A stretch of DNA of 63,277 nucleotides, the filler included, from Folioceros fuciformis (taxonomy: Eukaryota): assembly GCA_049999805.1 (NCBI GenBank). It is 10 parts of 10 records of this genome, joined end to end, with 100 filler letters (N's around TTAATTAATTAA, not from the genome) between each part and the next. Parts side by side here need not be neighbours in the genome. Positions count along the whole stretch, not along the records: positions 11,553 to 21,983 come from JBNGIO010000967.1; positions 22,084 to 26,664 come from JBNGIO010000968.1; 8 more parts are not named here. The stretch is one strand, 5' to 3'. The notes under the pieces are model-generated. The model ran no database searches. It was not told the origin of the DNA and was given only the letters and a program-made list of their open reading frames with translations. This document shows positions 11,553 through 25,000 of this stretch, one piece after another. Position 1 is the first letter of the stretch, and each line of letters starts with the position of its first letter. A program made the translations under genes and the position numbers.

Positions 11553-14500
11553 CCACTGCCTCCTGTATCCCGTGATACTGCACTGAACACTTTGCCGGGC
11601 CTTGTTTTGGTAATGCTTTGGTTGAATGTGAGAAGTTTCGCCGTGAATTGTGCTTTAACTATACCTTGAGATGAAGAATTTTAGCAAAGCATCTTAAGTT
11701 CTTCTAAGGGTGAACTGTTTGGTGATCGTGCAGCCCCCTCCCGTGGCCTCAGAAACTCCAGAAGCGCTTTTGAAAAGTATCGAGGACAAGTACCTGCTCC
11801 CGTCCCTTGATGACACGGATTTTAATGTGGAGAAGGATGGAAGGTACTGGGATTTTGATTGGTACACACAGAGCAGTCATCAGCTGCAACCATGTCTGCC
11901 TCGGTTTACTCTGGTACCGTTGTGGGAGCCACCATGGCGAAGGAGGAAAGAAAATAGGGAGGCTGAGTCGAATGAGCATCTTAGGAAGGATGAAGAAGAG
12001 GAAGTGGATTGGATTCCGCAGTTTGAGCAGGTACGTATGCCTAATTTTCAGCTACTTGCGCTGGTGTACGCGGTACAAGGACTTATAGGGTGATTGTGAA
12101 CGTGGTGTTTTTTGGCTGTTGTTTGCTCTGGTGAAACATTTCAGATTGAGATCACTAATGCTGGAGCTAAGCCGCATAACTCCTCATCCATTCTCCGTAC
12201 GCCTGGCCCACCAGGTGAGTTCGTGAAAGGAAGGACAAGTAACCACCCCTTCAGGCCAGGGGGGATTGAGATCAGTTCAGCTCCACACGATGAGACTGTT
12301 GAGGGAGCGTGGAATGGAGAATGGCTGCGTGAGGTCTTAGAAGGAGGCTCATGTCAGACTGTTCCCCCCGGTTTCAAGCAAGGAATGGACTTTGGTATTG
12401 CCAAGGTGAAAATTTTGTTGGAATCAGACAGTTCAGGACCCTTCTATGTAATCTGGAGACGTTTGACCGTGATTATCACTTTCGACCTATGTAATCTTGA
12501 GTACTATTTGATTATACAATCTGAGCTTCACAATTCTTGTTTGCTGTGCTTTGCCAGCCGCTTACCAGGCGCAGGCATATGTACACAAGTCCTGCTGATC
12601 AGCCGCAAGTTGATTTGCCTGATGCCAAGGTATAGAGGAAACACTTCCTACTGTGAGGGGAACGTTCGGTCCTATACAAGTAGATGTCTTCCGCTAATTT
12701 TTTTGCACATTCTTGTGTGACACTGACAATGTTGAACCCTGCAGGAGGAGAAATCAGTCCCTATGGATGTGTCATTGGATGAGACGATGGACGATACGAA
12801 GAAGATGGAAAATGTAGAGGGTAAGTGGAGGATATAGATATCTTACTGAGGTACAATGGAGCACAATGCTTCTCTATGTTAGAAGCATTTCATCTCTACA
12901 TGGTTGATATGTTAACTGATGTCAAGTTTTGTCTTAGGTGGAGGTGCAAAGGAACAAGGGGTAGATTATCTTGATGCTGGTGCTCATGAGTATTTGGATA
13001 CTGTGGAAGTAGAGCTTTTGCATGACATGGTGGCTGCTACCAAGTCTGTGTTGGAGACGATGAAAAATGTCAAGATGACCAATCAACAGTCCAAATCAGA
13101 GGTACGCCTGCTGATGGTTATTTTCTGTGCCCCCCTGGATTCGAGGGAACGATACAGCAATGATTGCAATATGTCTTTACACTCTGTTTGCTGATGCTAG
13201 TAACGAGCACCGGCATCTGATGAAATAATGTCTGTACTAGGTTTGGGCTGTTATGGACAGAGTGGAGGGCATTGATGAACGTTTCTCAGATCTAGTGCCT
13301 GACATGGCAATGCGTTTTCCATTCAAATTGGATGTTTTCCAGAAAGAGGTAGGCACTTTTCTGAGTGTTGTGTGCAGTTCGCCATCTTGTGATCAGTGTT
13401 TGAGGTCTTTGCTCTCAATCCTCCTGTCACAACGAAGCTGCTGGTACTCTGATACGGTCAAGATACCAATGCTTTTGGGGACTCATGGATCGTTGGGTGT
13501 GCAGGCAATCTACCATTTAGAACGGAATGAGTCAGTTTTTGTCGCAGCACATACCTCAGCTGGGAAAACAGTGGTTGCTGAGTACGCCTTTGCACTAGCT
13601 GCTAAGGTGAGTGTGGCTGCCCCCTTCTTCTGGAGAGCGTGTGAAGCCCTTGCATTATGATTTGTCCTCTTCATCTGATAAATTTGTGTTTCATGAAATC
13701 CATTAGCACTGCACAAGGGCTGTGTACACCTCGCCAATTAAGACAATCAGTAACCAGAAGTATCGAGATTTTAGCGAGAAGTTTGATGTGGGCCTCCTGA
13801 CTGGTGATGTCAGTATACGACCAGATGCATCCTGCTTAATAATGACAACAGAGATACTGCGGTCTATGCTATATAAAGGAGCGGATATAGTGAGGGACAT
13901 TGAGTGGGTATGGACTTCTGCAGCACTCAAGCCCAGCTTTCTGCTTTCCTTTGTCGGTTGAAACTGATTCTTGTTTCTTCATCAGGTGATCTTTGACGAA
14001 GTTCACTATGTGAATGACGTCGAGAGGGGTGTGGTGTGGGAAGAAGTGATAATTATGCTGCCAGAGCATGTCAATATGGTATTATTGTCAGCCACGGTTA
14101 GTTTTCAACTGAATCCTTAGCCCTTACTTTCTTTTCTTTCGAAAAGTGTTTGTATATCCAGCTTTTACCTGAAAGCGGCTGAGTCTCGTGATTTTGCCAG
14201 GTGCCAAACACACAAGACTTTGCTGGCTGGATTGGGCGGACTAAAAAGAAGAAGATTTATGTCACAGGGTACAGTCAACTCTTTTTTGAGTCTCCCTTTA
14301 AGATGAGGCTTGAAGTAGGCAGATGGCAGGCCTGAGGTAGATAGCTGCATGCTTGTGCCATTGTTTGACTTTGTTGGAGGTTCTGCTCTGCAGAACAACT
14401 AGGAGACCCGTGCCGCTTGAGCACTGTCTGTACTATTCAGGGGAGCTCTACAAGATATGTGAACAAGAAAGGTTTCTTGAGGAGGGCATCAAACAAGCGA

Positions 14501-17500
14501 AGGAGGCACATCATGCAAAAACGGCTCCTAAACCTGCTGCTGGAGGATCACGAGGGGTTCCCGCTCCTGGCAGAGGGGCTGGGATGCCTGGCCGTGGTGT
14601 GAATAGAGGAGCACAAGGAAATCAAGGACGGGGTAGAGGCCCTCCCAAAACTGGGGCTGGTGGACACTCACAAAAAATTGTGCAGGCTGCAATTGGCAGT
14701 ACTAACGGTGGATGGCGATCAGAGACTTCTCAATGGTATTCTCTCGTCAACAAGCTTTCGAAGATGAATCTATTGCCGGTATGTGTGATGGCTGGTGTTG
14801 GGTAAGAAGCCCAGGGGACGCTGCAAGAGGTTGATTCCATCGGTGCAACGGCAACTCATGCAGCTAGAAGGACTCATCCTTCTTTGTTTTTGGGCTTGTG
14901 GGAATTCATGCAGATTGTAGTATTTTGCTTCTCCAAAACTCGATGTGATCAGTCAGCTGACAGCTTAACTGCCTCTGATTTGACAACGGGCTCTGAAAAG
15001 AGTATCATCAGAGTATTCTGTGACAAGGCGTTTTCACGTCTTAAGGGAACTGATCGCAAGCTTCCTCAGGTAATGGCTATGCTTATCGTGTGCTGACCCG
15101 GTTTTAGTGAGTAGGGAGATCCATCTTCTTACATTTGTGTTTTTGTCAGGTTGTTAGAGTGGAGGAACTGCTGCGTCGTGGTATTGGCGTGCACCATGCT
15201 GGGTTACTTCCTATAGTGAAGGAAGTAGTAGAGATGCTTTTCTGCCGTGGTGTGATCAAGGTGTGTAACAATTCAAATCCGGCAGCACTGTCCACAGTAT
15301 TTTCAGGCTTGCTCACAGTGTTTTTCTTCCGTCCGTTGGTTTCCCTTTAGTCTCTCCTCTTACCGGCGTTCGCAATGTGCTAGGTTCTGTTCTCCACTGA
15401 AACGTTTGCGATGGGTGTGAACGCACCAGCTCGAACGGTTAGTTATGTCCCCGTTTTGTGACTCTACTTCTATACATCGTTGCTTTCCAGCACAAAATGC
15501 AAAACAGGTTGAAACGCGCTAGTTTGTGAGGAATGAGAGCATGGTTAAGGCAATGTCCCGGGTGCAGGTGGCCTTCCACAGTCTGAGCAAGCACGACGGG
15601 AGGAGTTTTAGGCAGCTGCTTCCTGGAGAGTACACACAGATGGCTGGTCGAGCAGGGCGTCGTGGCCTGGACAAGGTTTCACTTGTAACTCTGAAGCTGT
15701 GGTTGAGATTTTCATCTTACTTAGCGTGCTGCAACATGATGCCACAGTAGTGAGTTATTTGGTACTTCAAGCACTGAAGAGGTGACATGTCGAGGCGATT
15801 GTTTCAGGTGGGCACAGTCCTTACTATGTGCTGGGAGGAGATTCCTGAGGAGGGCGTATTAAAACGGCTGCTGACAGGCAAACCAACAAAGTTGGAGTCA
15901 CAGTTTCGCCTAACTTACAGCATGATATTGAACCTCCTTCGAGTAGAAGATTTGAAGGTACCTTGTCTTTGTTTGAGTCTGCACGCTGCTGTTGTATTCT
16001 GTTGGATAGCAATTGACATGAAACAATTATCCTGACCTGCAGGTTGAAGACATGCTGAAGCGTAGCTTCGCTGAGTTCCATGCACAGCGTGCTTTACCTG
16101 AGCAGGAATCGCTACTGCGTGAAAAGGAGGGGTCGCTTTCGAAGTTGAATGAAACAATTGAGTAAGTATTACACGCCGTGGTCCGTTTCTCTCACTTGAG
16201 GAACCATGCATCTTGAGAGTGAAGTTAACTGTGGGTTCGGCGCAACAGGTGCATACTAGGAGATGCCAGCATTGAAGATTATTTTGATGCCTTTTTTGAG
16301 GTGGAAAAGCTGGGAGCACAAATCCAGGACACCATAACGCAATCAAGGGCATTCCAGCAGTGCATTACTCCAGGAAGGATTGTCCTGATTCAAGGGCCTC
16401 CTGTAAGTGACCTTGGTTTAGAGTCTTGAATGTACTGTTGGAGCTAGCGGGAACTTGAGATCTGATGAAAGTCCACAATGCAGGTACTAGTCCCTCGTCT
16501 CGCAGTTGTCATAAAGCAGCCAAGTCCAAGTAACAAGTTTCCAATTGTGCTAGCTGTGCACGATGGGCCCATTCCTGTGACACCTTCCTCCATTGCAGCG
16601 AGCCAGGCCGCCAACCTTAACAAATCATTAGCAGAGGAAGGCTTTGTCATTAGCAGGAAAGGGAACCTAGACGACGACGAGTACGTAGTGAGGGGCCGAA
16701 ATTCTAAGAAGGCTTCCGTGGCGAAACAGGTTGCTCTTCCCCACTATGAGACGTCCAACGGCATCTCTTATGTAGTTGTGGAGGTAGAGAACAAGAACTT
16801 TGTTGGTTTATGTATGAACAAGATCAGGGTCGATGGTGCTCGTCTCCTAGAAGAGGGAAGCACAGCGGCACGCGAAGCCGTCGTGCAGGAGCTTGATCAA
16901 TTGGGGCGTGATCATTCAGCTGGAAATTTGTCAGCGCTTGATCCTCTCAAAGGTGAGTCTCCCAAGATTGGCTTGTCTGTTTACAGATCCTTTCACGGAA
17001 TTCAAAGGTGACGAGAGTTCTAAGCTTGTGTTTCTGACGTGGATGCAGACTTGAAGCTGAATGACCTGGACGTTGTGGAAAAGTACCGCAAGCGACAACT
17101 CTTGCTGGTTAGATTGGCTCAAAACAAGTGTCACGGTTGTCCCAAATTTCGGGACCACTTCTTGCTGGTGAAAGACCACCACACGTTGAAGGAACGAGTG
17201 AAGGAACTAAAATACAACCTGTCAGACGCGGCGCTACAGCAAATGCCTGACTTCCAGCAGAGAGTAAGCCTATCTACAACTCCAGCCGGTTTGTTCTCTA
17301 GTTTTGCCCTGTGGGCGGTTGTTTGCTGGCTGCATCTCTGGTTTACGACCCCAATCTGACATCCGCGTACTGCAAATGTCAGATCGAGGTGCTGCAGGAA
17401 GTTGGTTGCATCGATGCCGATTTGATCGTGCAGCTCAAGGGTCGGGTTGCCTGTGAGATTAACAGCGGAGATGAGCTCATTGCCACAGAGTGTTTATTCG

Positions 17501-18160
17501 ACAACCAACTGGATGATTTGAGCCCAGCCGAAACGGTAGCCCTTCTCTCTGCTCTGGTGTTCCAGCAGAAGGACGCCAGTGAGCCAGTTCTAACACAGAG
17601 ACTAGAATACGCGAAGGAAAGGTGCGTGTGTGTCCCTCACTGGCTTTCATTCTTCACCTAAGCGCAAGCAACTGAACCATGGCGTGGATGCTACATAGCA
17701 TATTTGTGACCGTTGATTTCTGCTGGATAGGCTTTACCACACCGCCCTCAGGTTAGGAGCCATTCAAGCAAAACATGGGCTGCCGATCAACGCTGAAGAC
17801 TACGCTCAAGACGCGCTCAAGTTCGGCCTTATGGAAGTGGTCTACGAGTGGGCCAAGGTAAAAACTAGTTCGTGCCTGAACTCCCGTCTTACCCGTGACG
17901 CAAGTTTCATTCATTCCCTCGTCATTGTCGTGTGCTGGTCCGTGCAGGGCACACCCTTCTCAGATATCTGCGAGCTCACCAATGTACCCGAGGGTTCAGT
18001 GGTACGATCCATTGTTCGACTCGACGAGGTATGCCGAGAATTCAAGGATGCAGCTCGTCTAATCGGAGACTCTGCCCTTTACGAAAAGATGGATGCATCG
18101 TCCACGGCAATCAAGCGAGACATCGTCTTTGCTCCTAGCTTGTATGTTACAGCGTGTTAG
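11553..18160 (+). CDS. SKI2: SKI2-like DExH-box RNA helicase (cytoplasmic exosome cofactor); many exons, 5' end cut by gap
   Basis: Motifs [99 protein letters not shown], and C-terminal [12 protein letters not shown]. Confidence 0.96.
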
Positions 18161-19964
18161 CAAGGTAGACAGTAATTTAGTTGTTCTCGTTAAAGCCGGC
18201 GATGTGTAAATGAACAAATTCTTTTTAAGTAGAATCCGGACGTGCTGTCTGCGACGCATGGACGAGTCGCTGGACCAGTATTCACGGGAGTGAAAGGACA
18301 TGCATTGGCACCGCAAAGCTGGATGTTACCCTGGCAGTGCCTGGCACACGTGAAAACAGCAGGTGGACACGTTGTACACGAACCTAACCATGGTCCACAA
18401 TATACAAATCCTGACCCTAGCTCACCCCCTTGCCCAGTCAGGGGAGGACAGGATAAAGTGTTGCGAGCTGAACGGTTCATTCCGTGCGAATCACCAGTTT
18501 GGTGAGGATCAGGATCAAGATGAGGATATGCATCCTTACGCTCAGCGTGTAATCGTTCTATGCCCTGCAAAAGACGCCACTGGAGTTCGAACCGCGCACC
18601 GACAGCAGCGCATTTTTAACCTCCAAGTGGCCGCTCCAAGAGTTCCCACGCCGGCGTGGCTCCTGCCTGTTTCGGGTCGTCCTCCTCCTGCATGACGTCC
18701 AACTGGTAAGTGAAGAAGTGCACTTGCATTCAACGTCAGCTGTCGTTGCTATTCAATTCACAAGTACAACGGATGTTTCGGAGCCGGAGGTCGTGCTTGC
18801 AGCACCGCTATTGGACGAAGAGCCGAGCTTAGCAATCCGGTCAGTGCTTGCCTGTGCCATGTTGGATGTGACGCGGGCAAAACGCGCAGATGCATGTATG
18901 CGATATTATGCGTTTCTGCAGCGGACTGTGCTGTGCATATGCTGTAAGTGCATAGTGTCGGTCTGTCCTGGGAAGGAAGCCAGCATGTCTGTCGTCTCAG
19001 AGCACATTCCATCTCTGACTGAATACAGTATGCAGTGGACTGCATGAAAACAACTGCGGGACGGATGTCCACACGAGCGCGATAGCATCCTTGCAAATAT
19101 TCGAGCCCCAGCGGTTGCAAGCAAATGCTTTACTCCGCAAATGAAATCCAACCAATGAGCTGCGTGAAAAATGCTTCCTGTGAGCAAAGGTTGGATCGGC
19201 AAGAGCGCATCACAGATCACACCGCCTCGGGCCCCGTACGCTCCTGTGTCAGAGGCGAGACAAATTCCCTTGTCTCATTCTGTGAATACCACTACGCATC
19301 TGCAATCCCCGGTGCCCTGCACCGAGGAGTGGTGCTCATCTACACACATCAGCATTCGCTGTGCCTCGCCCGCCATTGTCATCCCTGATCTCTCTAGCTT
19401 TGTCGTCTCTTGATGCACTTTGCGACCAAAGACTTTCAGGGCAGCAGTAGCAGCAGTAGCAGCGGTAGCCGCAGCGTAGGCAAATTGACGATGGCTATGG
19501 CGCTGTGGCAGGCAAACCAACCGTGATTCATCCCATGGAGATGACGGGCACGGATGGCCGCGTCACACCGGATTCCAGGCGCATCTCCGGCGGCAGCTAC
19601 ACTCCAACGAAACGGTCCAGAATGGATTCTAGGGCTTCACCCCAGATCCCGCCGCAGGCGTGCATACATAAAAAGCGTTTCTATTTCCACATGGAAATGG
19701 TACAGAGCAGAGCACAGCGAGTCCGCGGAGACGGTAGCTCCCCGGACCTGGAGGCTGGCGCAGTGGGGCCCCGTTCTCGTTTGTCCCCGTCAGGCGGGAC
19801 CGGGCCGCTCGGGGCGAGGGGCTTCTTCCCAAAAGGAGGGGCCAGGCGAATGGCACGTGGTCCCACGGTGCCTGCTGAGCTCTGACCGGATGGCTTCTGC
19901 GCTGAGCTCCGCAAGACATCGCCTCGCAAGTACTGTGCATTGCAGCTAGCAGCAGGGTGTTGAG

Positions 19965-20010
19965 TACATGTACATACATACATACATACATACATACATA
20001 CATGCATACC
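19965..20010. repeat. (TACA)n microsatellite
   Basis: Run of tacatacatacatacata read directly from the sequence. Confidence 0.9.
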
Positions 20011-20460
20011 AAGTCCGGTCGCGGAAGAAACAGTCCTTAGTCGACTTGAATAGAAATGTCGCTCTCCCGATTTATGTGAGCCCAGTCTGGGCCTGCGGAA
20101 ATTGGAGCAATATCGCAAACCGCCCTTGAAGCTTTTTATCTGTGACCAGATTGTGAGCAGGACAGGCTCCCGGGATTTTGGTCGTGCCACTTGGAAGCGG
20201 CTTGCAAACGCTGTCTCGCCCTCCAGCGTTTGCGGTCTTTGGAAGTGGCAGAGATGCTGTGAGCGCGGTGCCTGCTGTTAGCTGCAACAGCACAGCAACT
20301 TTCCCGCAAAGCTTGGAGGAGGCAATTTTGTGGGGGATATAGTTCCTTCCGCACCTTCCTTCGCAAGTTCCGTGCCCCGTGTCTCTCCATCTTCTGCCTC
20401 AGCTTGCCTTAGTCCTCCCGAGGATTCTTGAACCAAGCTGGAGCATTCGGAGCAGCACCC

Positions 20461-21983
20461 ATGACGCTCGGCGGGCCTGTGGCGGATTGTCCCGTGCAAG
20501 ATGGCAGCTGCTCGGCCTGGATTTACGTCTACCTCAAGGACTGCGTCTGCGACAGCAAGGACATGGTGTCGTTCGTGCTGGGCCTGCTCAGCGTCTTCAG
20601 CTGGGGGGTGGCCGAGATTCCGCAGATCATCACCAATTTCCAGAAGAAGACCACGGAAGGAGTGTCGCTCACCTTCCTCATGACCTGGGTTGTTGGGTAC
20701 GGGGGGGATTTCTGGGCGGGATCTGGAGCTAGCACCGCGGGCTGAAAATGCCATGCCCTGCTCACATTTCAGCATGTCTGTGCAGGGACGTGTTCAACCT
20801 GGCCGGCTGCTACATCGAGCCCGCCACGGTCAGTTGTAGGATGTTGGTGGACGGTCAATGCAGTTGCTTCGGTTTGACATGGGCACCGTAGATTCTCGTT
20901 TGTGTTGCGCGCTGACGCTGTCCTCCCCGCTTGCCGCTTTGCCTCCGCATGCAACAGCTGCCGACCCAATTCTACATGGCCCTGGTAGGTTGCGAGTATT
21001 GGATTCGGGTTTCGGGGTAGGCGGTGTGGGATGCATGTGACATTTGCGTCAGGGTCTGATTGTGCCTGCCATGCATGGCTGCCTTGGATGCAGCTCTACA
21101 CGCTCACCACGCTCGTGCTGGTGGCGCAACTCATCTACTACGACCACATCTGCGCGAAAAAGAATGTGTATTTGGAACCTGCGTCACCGACAGCGGTGAA
21201 AGAGGTGAGGGGAATCGGCATTTCTGTCCCGGATTCTGCAAGCTCGAGGCTGTGCGTGACTTCTGGCGGCCCGGGTTGCATGTCTTCCAGGAAGTGAGGG
21301 CCGCGCTGCACAAGCCGCTGACCATACCGGAAGGAACAGACGAGACGAAGGAAGCGTCCCCTGTTTCCAGCCAGCCCACGACGATCATCCATGTGCCGCG
21401 TCCTGGCAGAGGCATTCGAGACATGCATTTTACGTGAGTTGGGTCCGACATCTTGGACGTATCCGTAGCTGTCAGCGACGCACCGCAGAGCGGCAACTGC
21501 TTGGTTGATGGCGCGTCAGAGTGGTGCATGTCAGCAGCTGCTTTCTTCAGTGCTTGGAATGTGTGTCGCTAGCTAATGGTGGCTTTTGTTTAAACAGTTC
21601 AGCAAGGTCGCTTGCCAGCAGCCAAACCCCAACGGGCTCGTACATGTTTGGGTGGGGTTCAGGTTCCGGAGGCCAGACCGGGTATCTGCGTAACACGCCG
21701 TCCTATGGGTCATTGGGAAGCCTTCCAGGAGTGGCTTCGGCGCCCAGTGTGCGCCGTTCAAGCTCGGATGCAGCAATTCGCGCGGTACTTACAACTGTTA
21801 CTTGCTTTTCACTGCGTGGAAGAACTTTGATCTTCATCTCCGTCTGACAGAAGTAAGTATGATGGGATGGATCAGCTGGGGTCAGGTGTGCTTATGCTGG
21901 GGGGATTTGGATTACGATCGGGTATTTTGGGAAGACAGAGACAAAATTTCCGCACAGTGGCACACAGCGGCCGGAAGCTGCTT
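20461..21983 (+). CDS. PQ-loop repeat vacuolar/lysosomal amino-acid transporter (YPQ/PQLC2-like), 3' end cut by gap
   Basis: Spliced translation SFVLGLLSVFSWGVAEIPQIITNFQKKTTEGVSLTFLMTWVVG|DVFNLAGCYIEPAT|LPTQFYMAL|LYTLTTLVLVAQLIYYDH. Confidence 0.9.
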
Positions 21984-22083
21984 NNNNNNNNNNNNNNNNN
22001 NNNNNNNNNNNNNNNNNNNNNNNNNNNTTAATTAATTAANNNNNNNNNNNNNNNNNNNNNNNNNNNNNNNNNNNNNNNNNNNN

Positions 22084-25000
22084 GCTCCATCTTCTATAGC
22101 CTTGTTAATCCATGAGTCTATCCTTTTTGCTTCCGATTTAGAAAATGATGAACCAATAATTACACTTTTTTCAGTAGAGTTACCCTAGAAACAATAAATG
22201 AGAAACTGTCATTCTTAAACCTATTTCAAAATGCTTGAATATTTGACTCATCAAGGTTAAAGTACTACCACATGAAGCTTGGCAGCCAATTTGATTAATG
22301 TATTTTTCAATGCAAGAAAGTGATCCTAGTTATGAACATGTCTATATTTAGAAGTTAGATAAATTAACAAATATGTTCCAACCTCATAGTTAGTTAATAG
22401 CTAATTAATAGCCTTCAAGCTTTTTTGTCTTAGACTCTTAAATATAAGGCATGGTGTATTGGTGCCCTGAAAGGTAAAAAGGTAAAAGCAGTGGCATACC
22501 ACATGGATATAGGCATGCTTCACATTTTTGCAATGTTCTCCAGATTGGTCAAATGCACCTTGTACAATTTTTTTGGCCACGATTTCTATACTAGGAATCA
22601 AATCCTACAAAATAATATAGATCTTAGATTTTAATAAAATATAGAGAATGGTTATCCAAGGTTTTATTGCTTACCTCCACAACACATATTGCATGTACAC
22701 TAAGGTCAAGAACCACCTTCTTCTTCCCAGCTTTTGATTTCAGCTCCCACCCTATCTACAAGATCATTTACACCATATAAGTGATTCTCACACTATCAAA
22801 CTTGTAGCTCTTGAGATATGTATAGTGTTGACCCATGTGGCATGGGTACATTATAAGTTTTATTCTAAGTTCTCTGTGTATTCTCAAGCTTGTTGTGAAT
22901 GGGACGTTTAATAGTGGCATTAGAATAGGAGCTTGCCACTTATAATGGAACCATCATTCCCAGCCCTCGGATTAGTAGTAAATTGAGTGTACTTTTTGGC
23001 TGATGCTTTGGTAGCTAACTCTACCTAAACACATATAAGAGGGAAGGGTGAATTCAAACCTTAGAACATCCACTGAAATATAGGAGTTGAATTCTCTTGT
23101 CTGCTATGAGGATATCTTCTTCAACTTGTGCACATGGTAGAATGGAGAATGCTCCATCTGGCAAGTTACAATGTGAAAGAATCTCACCTAATAGCAAAGC
23201 TCCAACTGGTGTTCGACTAGAATAGCAAAAGGAAAGATTTGTGAGGAACACCATGGTGTTGAACCACATACACACCATGGATTTGAAGAGGCATCATACA
23301 TGAGACATAATTTAATCCAAGCTACCTTGCTGGTTTAAGTATAAATGGACATCCAACAGCCAAAGCTGCTCCGATTTTACGTGAAGTCTATTGAATGAGT
23401 GATAGTTTTGTTACAAAGGAGCAAAATGACCATCTACTAATGAAGATATACAAACTTTTGGTGGAGAACTGTTCTACTTGAAATAGTTCCTCACTAACCT
23501 CATATAGAGAGGTGTTGAATGAATTGATGATGCAAATGAGACCAATAGGAAACCTCCGAACCTGCTCTGTGAAGTATGCATGCTGAGGTTGCAAGATTGC
23601 AAACAATTTTGCATTTATGAAAACCCTCCATGTTAGAGTATTGCTTTCATACCACAAACTGAGATGCTTTTGATTGCTTTGAAAGATCCACCGGTGGAGA
23701 GTTCCCATATCTGCAGTGGTCAATGAGACACCATAAAGGTCTCTAATGGTGGTTTAGAAAGAAGCCTAATGACACATGGTCTAGAGACTGTTCTATTCAA
23801 AGTTGTCCAAAACCTACAGGGATGTGCAGTCATATGCTGCGGTAGTGAGCGCGTCAATCACTTGCTTTACTTCATTCTGGGAGTCTCTGGAAGTTCAACA
23901 AAGAGCACCCCAACATTACAGGCCTTAAAAAAGTATCCATGTCATTGAACATTGTATTTTATGACTTGCTCTTAGCTCTCATGCTGCATTCAAAGAGCAT
24001 TGAAATCTTAACCAGTTGAACTCAAACCCACCTAATTGGTTTGCCAGTTTCCATGGAAATCACACTTGCAAACTTCTCTGAACATTGTTTCACCTCCCTC
24101 ACCACTTTCTCCAAACTTGCTTTTCTTTCATAGCTAGGCATGGTTGCCATAATAGGTAGAGCTCTTTCTGCTGTAGAGATTGCAGTGTCAATGTCATAAG
24201 CTTTTGCAAGTGGACATCGAGCTTCCACTTTATCATTGCCCTTATTCGTCACATGTAGATTCAAATTCGGAAGTGTAGGCTTGTTTGCAATGTATAGAGG
24301 ATAGCTAGGCACGTCACTTCCCACAATCTTTTTCTCCTCAACATGCTCACATGAGGAGGCCACTTTACACTCTTTTGTTGTGCCTGCCGTTTGTTGCCCA
24401 TCATGTCTTGAAAGGCTTGGGGTGAATATTTTTTCTGTAGTAACTGCAACAGCAACTGCAATGTGTGCCTCATCTACATGTTTAGGATCAGCAACTGTAG
24501 CTGGCACACCTGCTGCTTGGGATAGAGCCCACGATATTCGCTGTGACAAAAGGCACAATGCACGTCATACAACAAATCGCCTATTCCTCCAATTTCTAGT
24601 TCACCCAATCTGTGAACTCTACACGTTCAACTCACTGGTTTTTTGGTCTTTCCCTTTTGTTTCATAATCCCAGGAAGCTCATGGTCCAATACTTGATTAG
24701 CTGAGGTGTAATCAATTGGTACCTAATCACATTGGTTAAAAAGGACATTTGCTTCATGCAATATGATTTTTGATACATATGTGCATCTTCCTTAAGACCA
24801 AGGTTAGATATCTTACTTCGATCAACTTGATTCCTGGAGGAGAACTAAAGACACACTGCGTAAGAAGACCTTTGAATTCGTGAGCACTTTGGACACAAAA
24901 ACCTTTGCCCCCGTAACTGCAGAATGAGAAAAGCTGGTCCAATAATGAACAAACTAAAAGTCAATTTTTTATTTTAATAAAATGACATTAAAAACACAAG

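Noticed and set aside
18200-19950. Several 80-130 aa ORFs between SKI2 and the PQ-loop gene
   Set aside because: No recognisable motifs or consistent exon chain. I also found no convincing tRNA or miRNA hairpin by eye.
22920-23024. Possible alternative terminal exon VELATKASAKK...LLF* in the ALDH domain
   Set aside because: It would need a 35-nt intron, and the homologous exon (IGWELKSKAGKKKVV) is at 22755-22675.
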